DNA of 64,000 nucleotides, from positions 87,296,001 through 87,360,000 of the forward strand of contig NC_043002.1 of assembly GCF_006345805.1 (NCBI RefSeq). Reading direction: 5' to 3'. The notes under the pieces were generated by a model. The model was not told the DNA's origin, did no database searches, and worked only from the letters and a program-made list of their open reading frames with translations. Numbering within the stretch: position 1 is the stretch's first letter; each line of letters opens with the position of its first letter. The position numbers were made by a program, and so were the translations under genes. Shown here in pieces: positions 40,287 to 54,039 of this stretch. The stretch comes from Octopus sinensis (taxonomy: Eukaryota).

Positions 40287-40376
40287 ATGCAGCTGAAGAT
40301 TGCTCTACATTTTAAAACTGATGTAATATTTGCATTGTTCAATTAAATGGAGTCGCATGAAACGATCGTACTGCAT
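40287..40376 (+). ncRNA. Type I hammerhead with large loop II (duplicate at 43068-43157)
   Basis: AUGCAG-CUGAAGA-UUGC...GCAU-GAAA-CGAUC-GUA/CUGCAU: 6-bp stem I, ACGAUCGU palindrome; 10.1-11.1 is U-U. Confidence 0.7.
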
Positions 40377-40424
40377 TACCTCCGGATAACCTTGTTGCTT
40401 ATTTTGATTATATATATATATGTA

Positions 40425-40492
<68 letters not shown>

Positions 40493-40560
40493 GTAGGTCC
40501 CGGGTTGATTCGGGGTTAACCACAGTAAATAGGTACTCAATACATAGCAGAGTAAAATTA

Positions 40561-40692
40561 ATTTATTATATAGAAGGAGCTTCTACAGGACTAGAACTGT
40601 TTCATTCAAGAGAAATCTTCAGGAAGCTTCCTGAAGATTTCTCTTGAATGAAACAGTTCTAGTCCTGTAGAAGCTCCTTCTATATAATAAAT
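40561..40692. repeat. 132-bp perfect spacerless palindrome (duplicate at 43343-43473)
   Basis: Centred on AAG|CTT at 40626/40627. Confidence 0.95.
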
Positions 40693-40796
40693 ATACATAT
40701 ATATATATATATATGTTCGTATTCATGTCAAGTTGTATGTCAAAATTAACAAAAACTGAAGAATTAGTCAATTATTTTTGTAGTAGTGTACCAGTG

Positions 40797-41120
40797 TGAA
40801 GGCGCATGGCTCAGTGGTTAGAGCGTGGAGCTTACGGTCGTGAGATTGTGAGTTTGATTCCCGGACTGGGCTGTGTGTTGTGTTCTTGAGCAAGACACTT
40901 TATTTTACGTTGCTCCAGTTAACTCAGCTGTAGAAATGAGTTGCGATGTCACTGGTGCCAAGCTGTATCGCGCTTGGCTTTACCCTTGGATAACATCAGT
41001 GTTGTGGAGAAGGGAGGCTGGTATGCATGGGTAACTGCTAGCCTTTCACAAACAATCTTGCCCTGACTTGTGCCTCGGAGAGTAACTTTCTAGTTGCAGT
41101 CCCATGGTCATTCATGACCG
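40797..41120 (+). mobile_element. tRNA-derived SINE family D (duplicate 43578-43901; related copy 56515-56800)
   Basis: A box tggctcagtgg, B box gtttgattccc, core ttgagcaagacactttatt..acgttgctccag. Confidence 0.85.
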
Positions 41121-41535
41121 AAGGGGGTCTCCTCCTCCCTTCATTAGTGTACCAATGTAAAAGCGTACTTGTTTATTAAACTTTTACAAGAAAAGGGGTG
41201 ACATTGACATCAGAGTTTCAGCCTGACAACCTTCCATCGGAAGGATCCGAAACTTCGACGCATTGAATTTCAGATTTTCTTTTTAATCTTCCCATTAATG
41301 AATAAAGTTTAGCTCCTTTTGAAGTGTGACGGCATCTTCTGGATTTTGGAGATAACCATCGATATAGTTTTGTGATGGGTGTAACTCGTTAGGCTGACCG
41401 AGTGCATGTATGCATGTGTATACACACACCACACACACACATATGTATATACGTATATATATGTGTATATAATACATGTTTTCCACCATGGATGCAGTCA
41501 AATGACTGAAACAAGTAAAAAGAATATAAAAGAAT

Positions 41536-41567
<32 letters not shown>

Positions 41568-43205
41568 ACACACACACACACATACACACACACATATATA
41601 TATATATTATAGATTCAGTTGAATATGGTACTTAAGTTAAAGGCACCAGAATTTAGTATGGTATTATCCATAAAATTCAAAATGGGGTGATTACAATCAA
41701 AATATGCAACAAGGATATCCTGAGGTAATGTAGAACGATTGTTTCGTGCGACTCCATTTAATTGAACAATGCAAATATTACATCAGTTTTAAAATGTAGA
41801 ACAATCTTCAGCTGCACAAAAATATAGAATTTAGTTAAATTCAAAGGATTCATTTGTATAGTTATTCTATTAACCAAAATCACAAAGAGGATAGGTAGAT
41901 AGACAAAAGACATGTTTCATCAACAACATCATAGTTGCAACTGATATTTTCTCACAGGAAGACACTGCTTATCATTGATTTCAATTTGTTATTTAGATTT
42001 ACTACGCGGCGGTGGGGTAGTTCTAATTTATTAATTTATAGACTAGTTTATCAAGTCTAATGGAAACTAGAATCTATCTTTTATGGATAGAGTAAAAAGA
42101 CAGTTTAAGTGGCAGAGTCATAAATCAAGATCTCTTGAAGTAGAAAACATTCGGGTTCAGTAAGAATATATTTCAGCCAAAATTTTCATGCTAAAGCTGA
42201 TGGGGTAGGGAGGGTAAAACTTATAATACTTAACTATTCGACAACCATAACCTCAGTGATAATTTGAAATATATAGGTACATTTTAGAGAGTTTTTTCAC
42301 AAAAAATCAGAATAATTTCAGTATTTCACACAATATAGGGATGGAGAATATAGAAATAATTCCATGTTTATATAAATTTCTATACCAACCTAACATATAT
42401 TTATAGTTAATTAGTAAATAGTAATTTTTGGTATTAATAAGTTAAATTAAAGGAATATGTTAAAAATTTATATATTTTCTATATGCTAATAATCCTAGAA
42501 CATATTTCTTGTATTATAAAATAAATAGTGAAATATATTAGTATGTTTCTGTATAGGCTGAGTATGAAATTTACAGAAATAGAAATAAAATGATATTGCG
42601 AGTAAATAAGTAAGATAAAATGGTTTAAAATTAAAAAAAGGAATGTAAATGAGTAAATGAGTATAAATGGCGGTGCCCCAGCATGACCACACTCGTGAGC
42701 TGAAACTAGAATCAATCAATCATAATGAAAAATAAATATAAATTCCTGTAGAATATTATGAATAGGGGGTAGAATAGATTTGTGTTCTAAAAACTTATTA
42801 TAAAATATACCTAGCTTATTTTATTAATAGGTGAGGTAAGTTGTTATAAGAAATTTTCTTATAATTTTATAATTTTTAGACTAAAATTTATATTTACTTA
42901 TGGAATTACCATAAATGACTAGTGTTTAATATCGGGTAAAGAAATGATCAAGTTATTGGGCAAAAGTTATATTATTAATAAAAACTTATATAGAATTTTG
43001 GGTTCTATTATAGATTTAAGAAAATTCTATTAATATCCCTTATATGATAATTTATAATTTTTAATTTATGCAGCTGAAGATTGCTCTACATTTTAAAACT
43101 GATGTAATATTTGCATTGTTCAATTAAATGGAGTCGCATGAAACGATCGTACTGCATTACCTCCGGATAACCTTGTTGCTTATTTTGATTATATATATAT
43201 ATGTA

Positions 43206-43277
<72 letters not shown>

Positions 43278-44316
43278 GGTCCCGGGTTGATTCGGGGTTA
43301 ACCACAGTAAATAGGTACTCAATACATAGCAGAGTAAAATTAATTTATTATATAGAAGGAGCTTCTACAGGACTAGAACTGTTTCATTCAAGAGAAATCT
43401 TCAGGAAGCTTCCTGAAGATTTCTCTTGAATGAACAGTTCTAGTCCTGTAGAAGCTCCTTCTATATAATAAATATACATATATATATATATATATGTTCG
43501 TATTCATGTCAAGTTGTATGTCAAAATTAACAATAAACTGAAGAATTAGTCAATTATTTTTGTAGTAGTGTACCAGTGTGAAGGCGCATGGCTCAGTGGT
43601 TAGAGCGTGGAGCTTACGGTCGTGAGATTGTGAGTTTGATTCCCGGACTGGGCTGTGTGTTGTGTTCTTGAGCAAGACACTTTATTTTACGTTGCTCCAG
43701 TTAACTCAGCTGTAGAAATGAGTTGCGATGTCACTGGTGCCAAGCTGTATCGCGCTTGGCTTTACCCTTGGATAACATCAGTGTTGTGGAGAAGGGAGGC
43801 TGGTATGCATGGGTAACTGCTAGCCTTTCACAAACAATCTTGCCCTGACTTGTGCCTCGGAGAGTAACTTTCTAGTTGCAGTCCCATGGTCATTCATGAC
43901 CGAAGGGGGTCTCCTCCTCCCTTCATTAGTGTACCAATGTAAAAGCGTACTTGTTTATTAAACTTTTACAAGAAAAGGGGTGACATTGACATCAGAGTTT
44001 CAGCCTGACAACCTTCCATCGGAAGGATCCGAAACTTCGACGCATTGAATTTCAGATTTTCTTTTTAATCTTCCCATTAATGAATAAAGTTTAGCTCCTT
44101 TTGAAGTGTGACGGCATCTTCTGGATTTTGGAGATAACCATCGATATAGTTTTGTGATGGGTGTAACTCGTTAGGCTGACCGAGTGCATGTATGCATGTG
44201 TATACACACACCACACACACACATATGTATATACGTATATATATGTGTATATAATACATGTTTTCCACCATGGATGCAGTCAAATGACTGAAACAAGTAA
44301 AAAGAAATATAAAAGA

Positions 44317-44367
<51 letters not shown>

Positions 44368-45008
44368 CGCAGTCAATTCAAGAGTGTCATATCCTCATTA
44401 GGGATTGATAAATCCAAAATTTCACTGGTTTAATCTCCATCACATTAGAAGAAAATCTCCATGATGTGTTATGGATTATTATAATATAATAGATAAAATT
44501 AATAAGGTAAGAAAAGGGAGAGTTGACGATGAATCGTTAATTTATTTGTATCAGTGTTGTTAAGATGTAAATACGGAGAGATATGCAAACATAGTTAACA
44601 TGAATGACAATATTTCAACTTCTGTCGAAAGATTACTCGATGTGTCTAAGTATATATTTCTCTTATAAATCACTACTGTGATGTATAAGTGTGATGTAGA
44701 CTGTGGCAGAAAAAAGTTTTGATTGGGTGGGCGTTCTAAATGGAAAGCATCCAGCTATGATCTACCATTTATCTTTCCTTATAACTCATTTCCTTAGCTA
44801 ATTTAATAATCACATTAGCAGTATACACAGGCAGCATTTTTCCAGTTTACTCCTTCTTCTCGATCATATTTATAATTAAAAACATCACAGTTTGAAGAAG
44901 CCATTTTTGGCAAAACTAATATTATATACATACACCCCACCACATACATACATGCATACATACATACATACGTACGTATGTATGAATGTATATATATATA
45001 TATATATA

Positions 45009-45040
<32 letters not shown>

Positions 45041-45235
45041 CATACATATACATATATAAATATATATTTGTATACATACTGTTAATTGCATGAGAAGCAA
45101 TTATTATTATTAAATACTCACTGCTCGGTAATGTTGTCTAAATATTGTGTCTCTCGTAAAATATATTCATATCTCTAGAAATATTTTAGTGATTCATGTG
45201 TGAGATAGTGCGTTGTATAATGGAGTGGTATACGC

Positions 45236-45625
45236 AGTGGTAGTGTAGAACTGAGAACGGAATTATGTCAAATGCAGTGGCGTAGAGTGTTGTAGAATGG
45301 GGTCGTGGAGAGGTGAATGTTGCAGAGTTGAGTGGTGGAGAACTGAGTGTTGTAGAGTTCAGTAGTGTAGAGTTGAGTGGTGTTGAGTTAAGTGATGTAG
45401 AGGTGAGTGGTGTAGAGTTGAGTGATGTAGAGTTCAGTGGCGTAGAGTTGAGTGGCGTAGAGTTCAGTAGTGTAGAGTTGAGTGGTGTAGGTTTGAATAC
45501 TGCAAAGTTAAGTGATATAGAATTGAGTGATGTAGAGTTGAGTGGTGTAGATTTGAGTGGTGTAGAGTTGAGTGCTGTAGAGTTGAGTAGTGTAGAGTTG
45601 AGTGATGTAGACTGGAAGGGTGTAG
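45236..45625. repeat. 15-bp minisatellite (GTGTAGAGTTGAGTG-like), followed by GAA/CAA/TAA tracts to ~45972
   Basis: Directly visible periodicity. Confidence 0.9.
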
Positions 45626-45937
45626 AGTGAAGCGTTGTTGGAGGGGCGATGGAGAATTGAGTGGCGGAGGTAGGGAGTGTCGAGATGTTGTTGTGTGGAG
45701 TGGTGTTGAGTAGAGTGGATTGTAGGAGTATTACAGGAAAAGGGGTGTAGAAGAAGAAGCAGAAGAAGGGGAAGAAGAAGGGGAAGAAGAAGGGGAAGAA
45801 GAAGGAGAAGAAGAAGGGGAAGAAGAAGGGGAAGAAGAAGGAGAAGAAGTAGAGGAACAACAACAACAGCAACAACAAAAAAGATGGAAATTCAAGAAGG
45901 AAACACTGTACAATACCAACAATGTCAGCAACTATGC

Positions 45938-45973
<36 letters not shown>

Positions 45974-46186
45974 GGAAGAAGAAGGAGTTGGAGATGAAAA
46001 TAAAATGAAAATATGAACAATGGGATTAAGAAAAGAATATGTTTAGCGGATACGAATCACATTCCATTGTTTACTTCACACACTCACTCACACGTATTTA
46101 TACACACATATTGATCATATATATACATATGTATACATACATACATACATGCATACATACATACATACATACATACATACATACAT

Positions 46187-46253
<67 letters not shown>

Positions 46254-46689
46254 GGGAGAGTTTACGAAAAAAACAAAAGACGAAGACAGGTGGTGTAGAA
46301 AACAAACAGATGTATTAGTATAACGCTCAGGAATAGAAAAAGTATTTTACGTTTCGAGCCTACGCTCCTGTCACAGAAAAAAAGTCAAGGAGAGAAACAA
46401 GGAGACAAAACAATGTGTGTAGTGGCTAACGATCTATCATGGCGTCTAACTCGGACAGAAGGATCACACACGAGAGGTAAAGTAGGGGAGATAACAAAGT
46501 AAAGATGACCCCCCCCAACACAAAGGTGCGTGCGTGTATAAGAGAGTACGTATGTGCGTGTGAAAGAGGGCTGGTGGTATGGACGTGTGCGTGTATGTAT
46601 GTATAGGTGTGAAAATGTGGGGATGGGTGTGTGGGTGGTGTGTTGTGATGTGATGTGTAAAATATATATATATTACGTATATTATTACA

Positions 46690-46867
<178 letters not shown>

Positions 46868-47602
46868 AGAAAAGATATGGGGTTGGAGAAAATGATGGAG
46901 AAAGATGGATAGTGTTTTGATAGAAAGATTTTTGCTTTATAGGTTCGCGGATAGGAAAATATCTGAGAAATGCAAAAGAAGATAAAAACGAAAAGCGAAA
47001 TGAGAGACTGAAATTCGTATCATTGACATAAAAAAAAAAAAAAAACGAAAAATTCACTGCGGAGCTGATATTAGAGCTTTGCAACGTACCATTTTATACG
47101 TGATGATGTTCAATATAAGCCTTCGCTTAGTGGTCATTGTATCGGTAAAAGTCATTGAGCGAACAGAAACAAACTAGTATCGGTCGTATAAGAATTATAT
47201 TGATTCCTGGGTTTCTTGGGTTTTGCACGATATTTCCTCGCTATTTGTATTTACTGTTTATTGCATTTATTTTAAGAAATAAAATAGAAAGAATGAAAGG
47301 AGGAGTATTGAATGCGTTAACTTTGCGAGAGGGAGAAAGAGAGAGAGAGAGAGAGATAGCGTGAGTGAGAAAGAGAGAACGAGAGAGGGAGAAAGAAATG
47401 GAAAGAGCAAGCGAAATATTAGATTCAAAGGGAGAAAGAGGGGGAGAGGAGAAAGAAAGCAAGATGTGGAGAACAGAGAAGTAGAAGAGGAGAGGTCTAA
47501 AGTCTTGCACGCTTGAAACAGCAAAATGATATTGCAGATTCATGAGGAAACAAACACCACATTTAGAAAACATTCAGTAGTCCTAATAATTATTTTTACT
47601 AT

Positions 47603-48004
47603 AGGCGCAGGAGCGGCTGTGTGGTAAGTAGCTTGCTTACCAACCACATGGTTCCGGGTTCAGTCCCACTGCGTGGCACCATAGGCAAGTATCTTCTACT
47701 ATAGCCTCGGGCCTACCAAAGCCTTGTGAGCGAATTTGGTAGACGGAAACTGAAAGAAGCCCGTCGTATATATGTATATATATATGTGTGTATATGTTTG
47801 TGTGTCTGTGTTTGTCCCCCCAACATCGCTTCACAGCCGATGCTGGTGTGTTTACGTCCCCGCAAATTAGCGGTTCGCAAAAGAGACCGAAAGAATAAGT
47901 ACTATGCTTACAAAGAACAAGTCCTGGGGTCGATTTGCTCGACAAAGGACGGTGCACCAGCAGGGCCACAGTCAAATGACTGAAACAAGTAAAAGAGAAA
48001 AAGA
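47603..48004 (+). mobile_element. SINE family A full-length
   Basis: Complete family A structure. Confidence 0.92.
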
Positions 48005-49061
48005 GTATAGGCACAAGGTTCGAACTATTCAAGAGAGAGGCTAATCGACTGCATCGACATTACTACTCAACTGGAACTTATTTTATCGACCCCGAAAGGA
48101 TAAAAGTCAAAATCAACACTATTTGAACTCCCTATTTCACTAGTGATAAAGCCAAGTGATAGGATCTGGTGATAAGGCCTTTATTCTTTCTCTTCTACGG
48201 AAAATGAAATAAGTGTTCGAAATGCTTGACTTATCTTCTTCCTCAGTGCATAAAACATATTCCACCGTTTGAGCTATTTGTATTAGTTTTTACAGACGTT
48301 GTACATCATTACTTTCTTCAGATTCTACTGTTACTTTATGTATAATTGTTGTTTAGCCCTAAGATAACCTCAATCAAGTAGATCTATTATCAAAGTCATT
48401 TACGCCATGACCAGCGTTAATTTTTTCATTCAGGATAAGTGTACCAATCCAGAACTAAATTATTCAATATTTTATCCATTTTTATAATGCTATATTTGGA
48501 AGCCTATAAGTAAATGTGAAGGCCAACTTCGACCTTTACGGTCGATAAATGAAGTAATAGTCCTGTAAAGGGATTAATTCTGTTTTCTCACGTTTCTATC
48601 CTTTTATCTGAAAGGAATGAGCTTTGGTTAAATGTAGAAGGTGAAGGGTTTCCCCATGTTTATAACAACGCCCTAGTGCCCCGGGAAAGTCATTAGAAAG
48701 CGAAAAAGTCAAGATGAAGTCAATAAGTAGGTGACAGTTATATTTCCTTCGTCGAAGAATTAGCAAATTTGTGGACAGTTTCAAAAGAGTTTATTTAAGC
48801 TTTAGAATTTTAACAAAAAAATCCTATTTCTGATCGCAAACCACTACTATACTATAGTAGCTCCGGGGTCATTGATGTAGATGCTTTGAAAAGTAATTAC
48901 TACCCATTCATTATTCAATATGGAACAAAGCTATTGCACTTTAAACTATTTAGTCTCGTAGATAAGTACACTAACATCAACAAACAAGTATCTATATCCA
49001 ACTATAAGAGCTGAATTCTCTTTACTACGACATTGTAGAATTTCTCTGAGCTACGATTACC

Positions 49062-49660
49062 CACCTGCCTGCCTGCCTGCCTGCCTGCCTACCTACCTAC
49101 CTCCTACCTACCTACCTACCTACCTACCTACCTACCTACCTACCTATCTATCTACCTTCCTACCTACCTACCTACCTACCTACCTACCTACCTACCTACC
49201 TACCTACCTACCTACCTATCTACCTACCTACCTACCTACCTACCTACCTACCAACTATCTACCTACCTACCTACCTACCTACCTACCTACCTACCTACCT
49301 ACCTACTACCTACCTTCCTACCTATCTACTACCTACATACCTACCTACATACCTACCTACCTACCTTCCTACCTACCTACCTACCTACCTACCTACCTAC
49401 CTACCTACCTACCTACCTACTACCTACCTACCTAACCTACCTACCTATCTACCTACCTACCTCCTACCTACCTACCTACCTACCTACCAAACTATCTACC
49501 TACTACCTACCTACCTACCTACCTACCTACCTACTACCTACCTTCCTACCTATCTACTACCTACATACCTACCTACCTACATACCTACCTACATACCTAC
49601 CTACCTACCTACCTACCTACCTACCTACCTACCTACCTACCTACCTACCTACCTACCTAC

Positions 49661-49706
<46 letters not shown>
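49062..49706. repeat. ~640-bp (CCTA)n satellite grading from CCTG to TCTA
   Basis: Directly visible. Confidence 0.97.
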
Positions 49707-49708
<2 letters not shown>

Positions 49709-49734
49709 TTATGTAAATCTAGTTCATTTTGGGA

Positions 49735-50110
49735 TAGAGTGATTTCCTCAGATGAATCCAGATTTGCATTATTTTCAGACAGTGGACGTGTTTGGGACTG
49801 GAGGATTCCCCATCAAGAATTTTATTTTAAACGACTACAACCAACTGAGAAACATGGTGGTATCTCTGTAATGGTATGGGGAGCTGTCACCAGCAATGGT
49901 CGTTCTGAGCTAATCGAACCATAAACTCTGAAAAATACATCGAAATATTTAAGCAAGGACTACTTCCTTAATCTGAAGATGAATTGTTTCGATTATTGTG
50001 TGAAAAGTGGGCAGAAATTCCACAAGAGAAAATCACAAAGCTCATCAGTTCAATGCCAAAAAGAATTTCTGAATTAAAAACTGCAAAGGGAATGTCAACT
50101 AAATATTAAT
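49735..50110 (+). mobile_element. Tc1 transposase fragment with internal deletion
   Basis: SDESRF...KHGGISVMVWGA and INSEKYIEI, then KWAEIPQE / SSMPKR-like C-terminus. Confidence 0.85.
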
Positions 50111-50253
50111 GTATATAGTTCTGACTATCGATTACATTTCAATTGTTCGTTTTGCGTATCAAATAAAAGATTTTTGGAACTTAAATGTGTCTATTTACTT
50201 CCTGCATGTCTGTGTGTGCATATATATACATACATATGTATATATGTGTGTGT

Positions 50254-50625
<372 letters not shown>

Positions 50626-51662
50626 CTATTATTCGGCTAAAACGTCATTATGTGCATGTAAGAGCTCTTAGGGCTGGATACATATGTGAAATGCTTCTAT
50701 GCATAAGATTAATATATAAATAATATAACACGAAGCTGGAGGATAACAAGCTTTAACAGTAGATCACAACATTTGTTTCTGAATCATACACCATCTTTAA
50801 GTTGGTGAGTCTATATTCATAAAATAATTCTGCTTGCCATTACGTTACTTAGCCCGTCGGTAACGCTTTCGCGTGATTAGAGAAAAAGAAGGAAGAAAGA
50901 CAAAGAGAAAGCGAAAAGAGAGCGGATATAGAAAAGGGAGAGAGAGAGAGAGAGAGAGAGAGAGCGTCCACGATGTGAGTTAGGGGGAACGTAATAATTT
51001 TAGCAAAGATGTGAGGTTAAATAAAGGCAGAGAGAGAGAGGGGGAGAATAGGAGAGGAGAGACAGGAGGGAGAAGAGGAAGGAGATAGGAGGGACAGAAA
51101 TTGCATGAGGGGGAGAGATGATGATGGTGGTAGTGCTGGTGGTAGTGGAGATGGATTTGGTGGTAGTGGAGGTGATGGTGGTGGTGATTGGATACTGAAA
51201 AGTGTTTTTTTTAAAAATTGAATTAAGTTTTTTTATATCACTTATCACTTAACTCATTCGCATATTCACGCTTATTTACGTCGCAGATATATGCAATTTA
51301 GCTAAAAGCCGTATGATATGTACAGGATATTTTTTTATGCTTATAGTTTTTATGCTTATAAAAATGTGAGTGGATATTAATTTTATAAGTGCTGTGTATT
51401 AAGTCTATAAAACTGTGCATAAAGTAGATAAAGCATATATATAAATTGCATTAAGTAATCATCGTATTTCAAATTTCCTTCACTTTTCAATGGTCAGCAG
51501 ATGAGCGACTATCTTTCCATACAGACACAACACAGGCTACGCTTTCAGGTTTCATGGATAAAGTTTTCAGAAATAACCCAGTAGGTTTACCATTAATTCC
51601 GTGAAATATTCACGGGTCCCACTAGTAGAAGATTATTCTTTATAATTGCAATATATATATAT

Positions 51663-52085
51663 ACGAGCAAACGCCCCCCGTCCAATGGACGGTGCTGTGT
51701 TGTCAAACATTTAAACCAAATTTTCTCAAAACAACTTGTCCGACCGTCCCAGAGACCTCCCCTTTGAGAAACATTGATTTTTACCTAAATTTGAGACACC
51801 AGCAAAAGAAGAAATAAAGATAGATTTTCTTTTCTATTCCAAAGAAAATCGATTTATCACGGCTTTATCGATCGCATTCTCACCTGGAATCGATTTTTGT
51901 AATTTTTTCAAGACTTATATACGCCCTGATACCGTCGATATCTACATATCAAATTTGAGCACAATCGGATGGAGGATACCCGAGATCCTAGAAGCCACAC
52001 ACACACACGCACACACACACGCACACACACACATACACACACACACACACACACATACACACACACACAGAACGGATTTTATATA

Positions 52086-52089
<4 letters not shown>
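51663..52089 (+). mobile_element. Possible non-autonomous Helitron-like (Lep1-like) element
   Basis: tatcaaattt..caatcgg subterminal motif, (CA)n tract, and ttttatataagat end inside a TA-rich site; resemblance recalled, not searched. Confidence 0.4.
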
Positions 52090-52122
<33 letters not shown>

Positions 52123-52135
52123 TATATATATATTT

Positions 52136-52447
52136 TGTTATATTAAATTAGAGATAAAACCACTATTAGGCAAATCAAACAGTGAAAAACATAAGCCAAT
52201 ACATAAAATTATTTAAAAATATAAAAGTTATAAATAAAAAATTATTTAAATAATTTAAACTTATAAATTTTATATATATATACAAATATATATATATATG
52301 TATGTATGTATATTTTTATATTTATATATTATTTTATTAATTATTAATTAATTAATTTTTTCTTTTTTTATATATATCAAAAGTATTAAAAGTTCAATAA
52401 AGGATTTATTTATCTTTTATTAAACTTTTAATACTTTTGATATATAT

Positions 52448-52478
<31 letters not shown>

Positions 52479-52691
52479 AAATAAATAAATTAATAAATAA
52501 AATAATATATAAATATAAAAATATACATACATATATATATTTGTATATATATATAAAATTTATAAGTTTAAATTATTTAAATAATTTTTTATTTTTAACT
52601 TTTATATTTTTAAATTAATTTTATGTATTGGCTTATGTTTTTCACTGTTTGATTTGCCTAATAGTGGTTTTATGTCTAATTTAATATAACA
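52136..52691. repeat. Long AT-rich inverted repeat, ~270-bp arms, ~6-bp spacer
   Basis: Arms 52136-52405 and 52412-52691. Confidence 0.92.
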
Positions 52692-52791
52692 TAATATAAT
52701 ATATTATACTATAAAATTGGATTTAATCCTAAATCTAATTTTTCCCTGTAAGTTTGGATTTATTTCCTAATATTATTATTATTATTATTAT

Positions 52792-52862
<71 letters not shown>

Positions 52863-54039
52863 TAGAATAAAATCTTTTCTTTCTGAAACAAATGTATATA
52901 TATATATTGCATGTATGTATAAACATTTACCTAGTTTTCAATATTTTATTATAGTTTCTATTACATACACACATACATACACACGCACATACACATGCAT
53001 ATACACATATGCATACATACACATACATACGGACATAAATACAGGCAAACATATATCTATATATATATATACACATACATGCGTACATACATACAAACAC
53101 ACACACACACACACATACATATACGTATACATACACACAAACGCACATATGTCTATAATTTTCTCCTCCATTACTTTATTATAATATATACGCATACCTG
53201 AACCTTAAGCATAACCGCGCGTACACGTGGTGCTCACCCTGTTTTTATATAACCCAAAATAGCTTTTTGTATTTTCCTTTTATTCGCTACATCGACAGAA
53301 GGATAAGATAATAACAAAACCTCCGTATAGTATGGCTTTGAAGCTCTGTGTAGATTATTATGTTTTATTTTTGTAACTAAATATTAAAACTATTACAGTT
53401 AGATTACAACTAATGCGATTATATTACATTAGAACTAGCAGAATCTTCTGTACAGTAACAATCTGGTTTACAATAAACTCGAGAGAGATTTAGAAAAGCA
53501 CATGCTTTCTTTGCGCATGCCTCTTTAGTTACCACTAGCAATCCTTACATGAAATGTTGCAGAGATTCTACACATGAGAAAAGTATAATTTTAATGCGGA
53601 TGATCAGAGTTCAGCCACAAATATGTATGCATGTATGCACATATTGCGCATGTATGTCTTCTTGTTTTCAAAATTATATTAATTCATTCCATAAAGAAGA
53701 GTGAGTGGGTGGTTTCTCATAAAATCATTGGAATTTAAATGATAAGAATAAGAATTTAATCGCTGAATTTTAGAAATGTTTTGCATATTTTCACTGTTCC
53801 AATAATAGGTTGTACTTGTGAAGTGTATCATTAGCTACATTTCCTTGCTTGGTTACTCCAGATTTTTAGAACTACAATTCACGAATTTAGTAAGATAATC
53901 AAGTGCACAATTATTACAATTAAATCGCAAATCTGGGTGGAGAAGCAATTGTCAATAAATATACTCTGCCTCTGATTTTGAATGAAATGTTCACTTCTAT
54001 GGAGAAACTTAACTTTATAACCATACGTATTTTTCTATA

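Larger units (their letters stand above)
38747..44367 (+). repeat. Tandem duplication, period ~2781 bp (units start 38831 and 41612)
   Basis: Near-identical units bounded by three (CA)n(TA)n tracts. Confidence 0.97.

Noticed and set aside
45236-45625. CRISPR-like periodicity
   Set aside because: Contiguous 15-bp units with no unique spacers, in a eukaryotic context.
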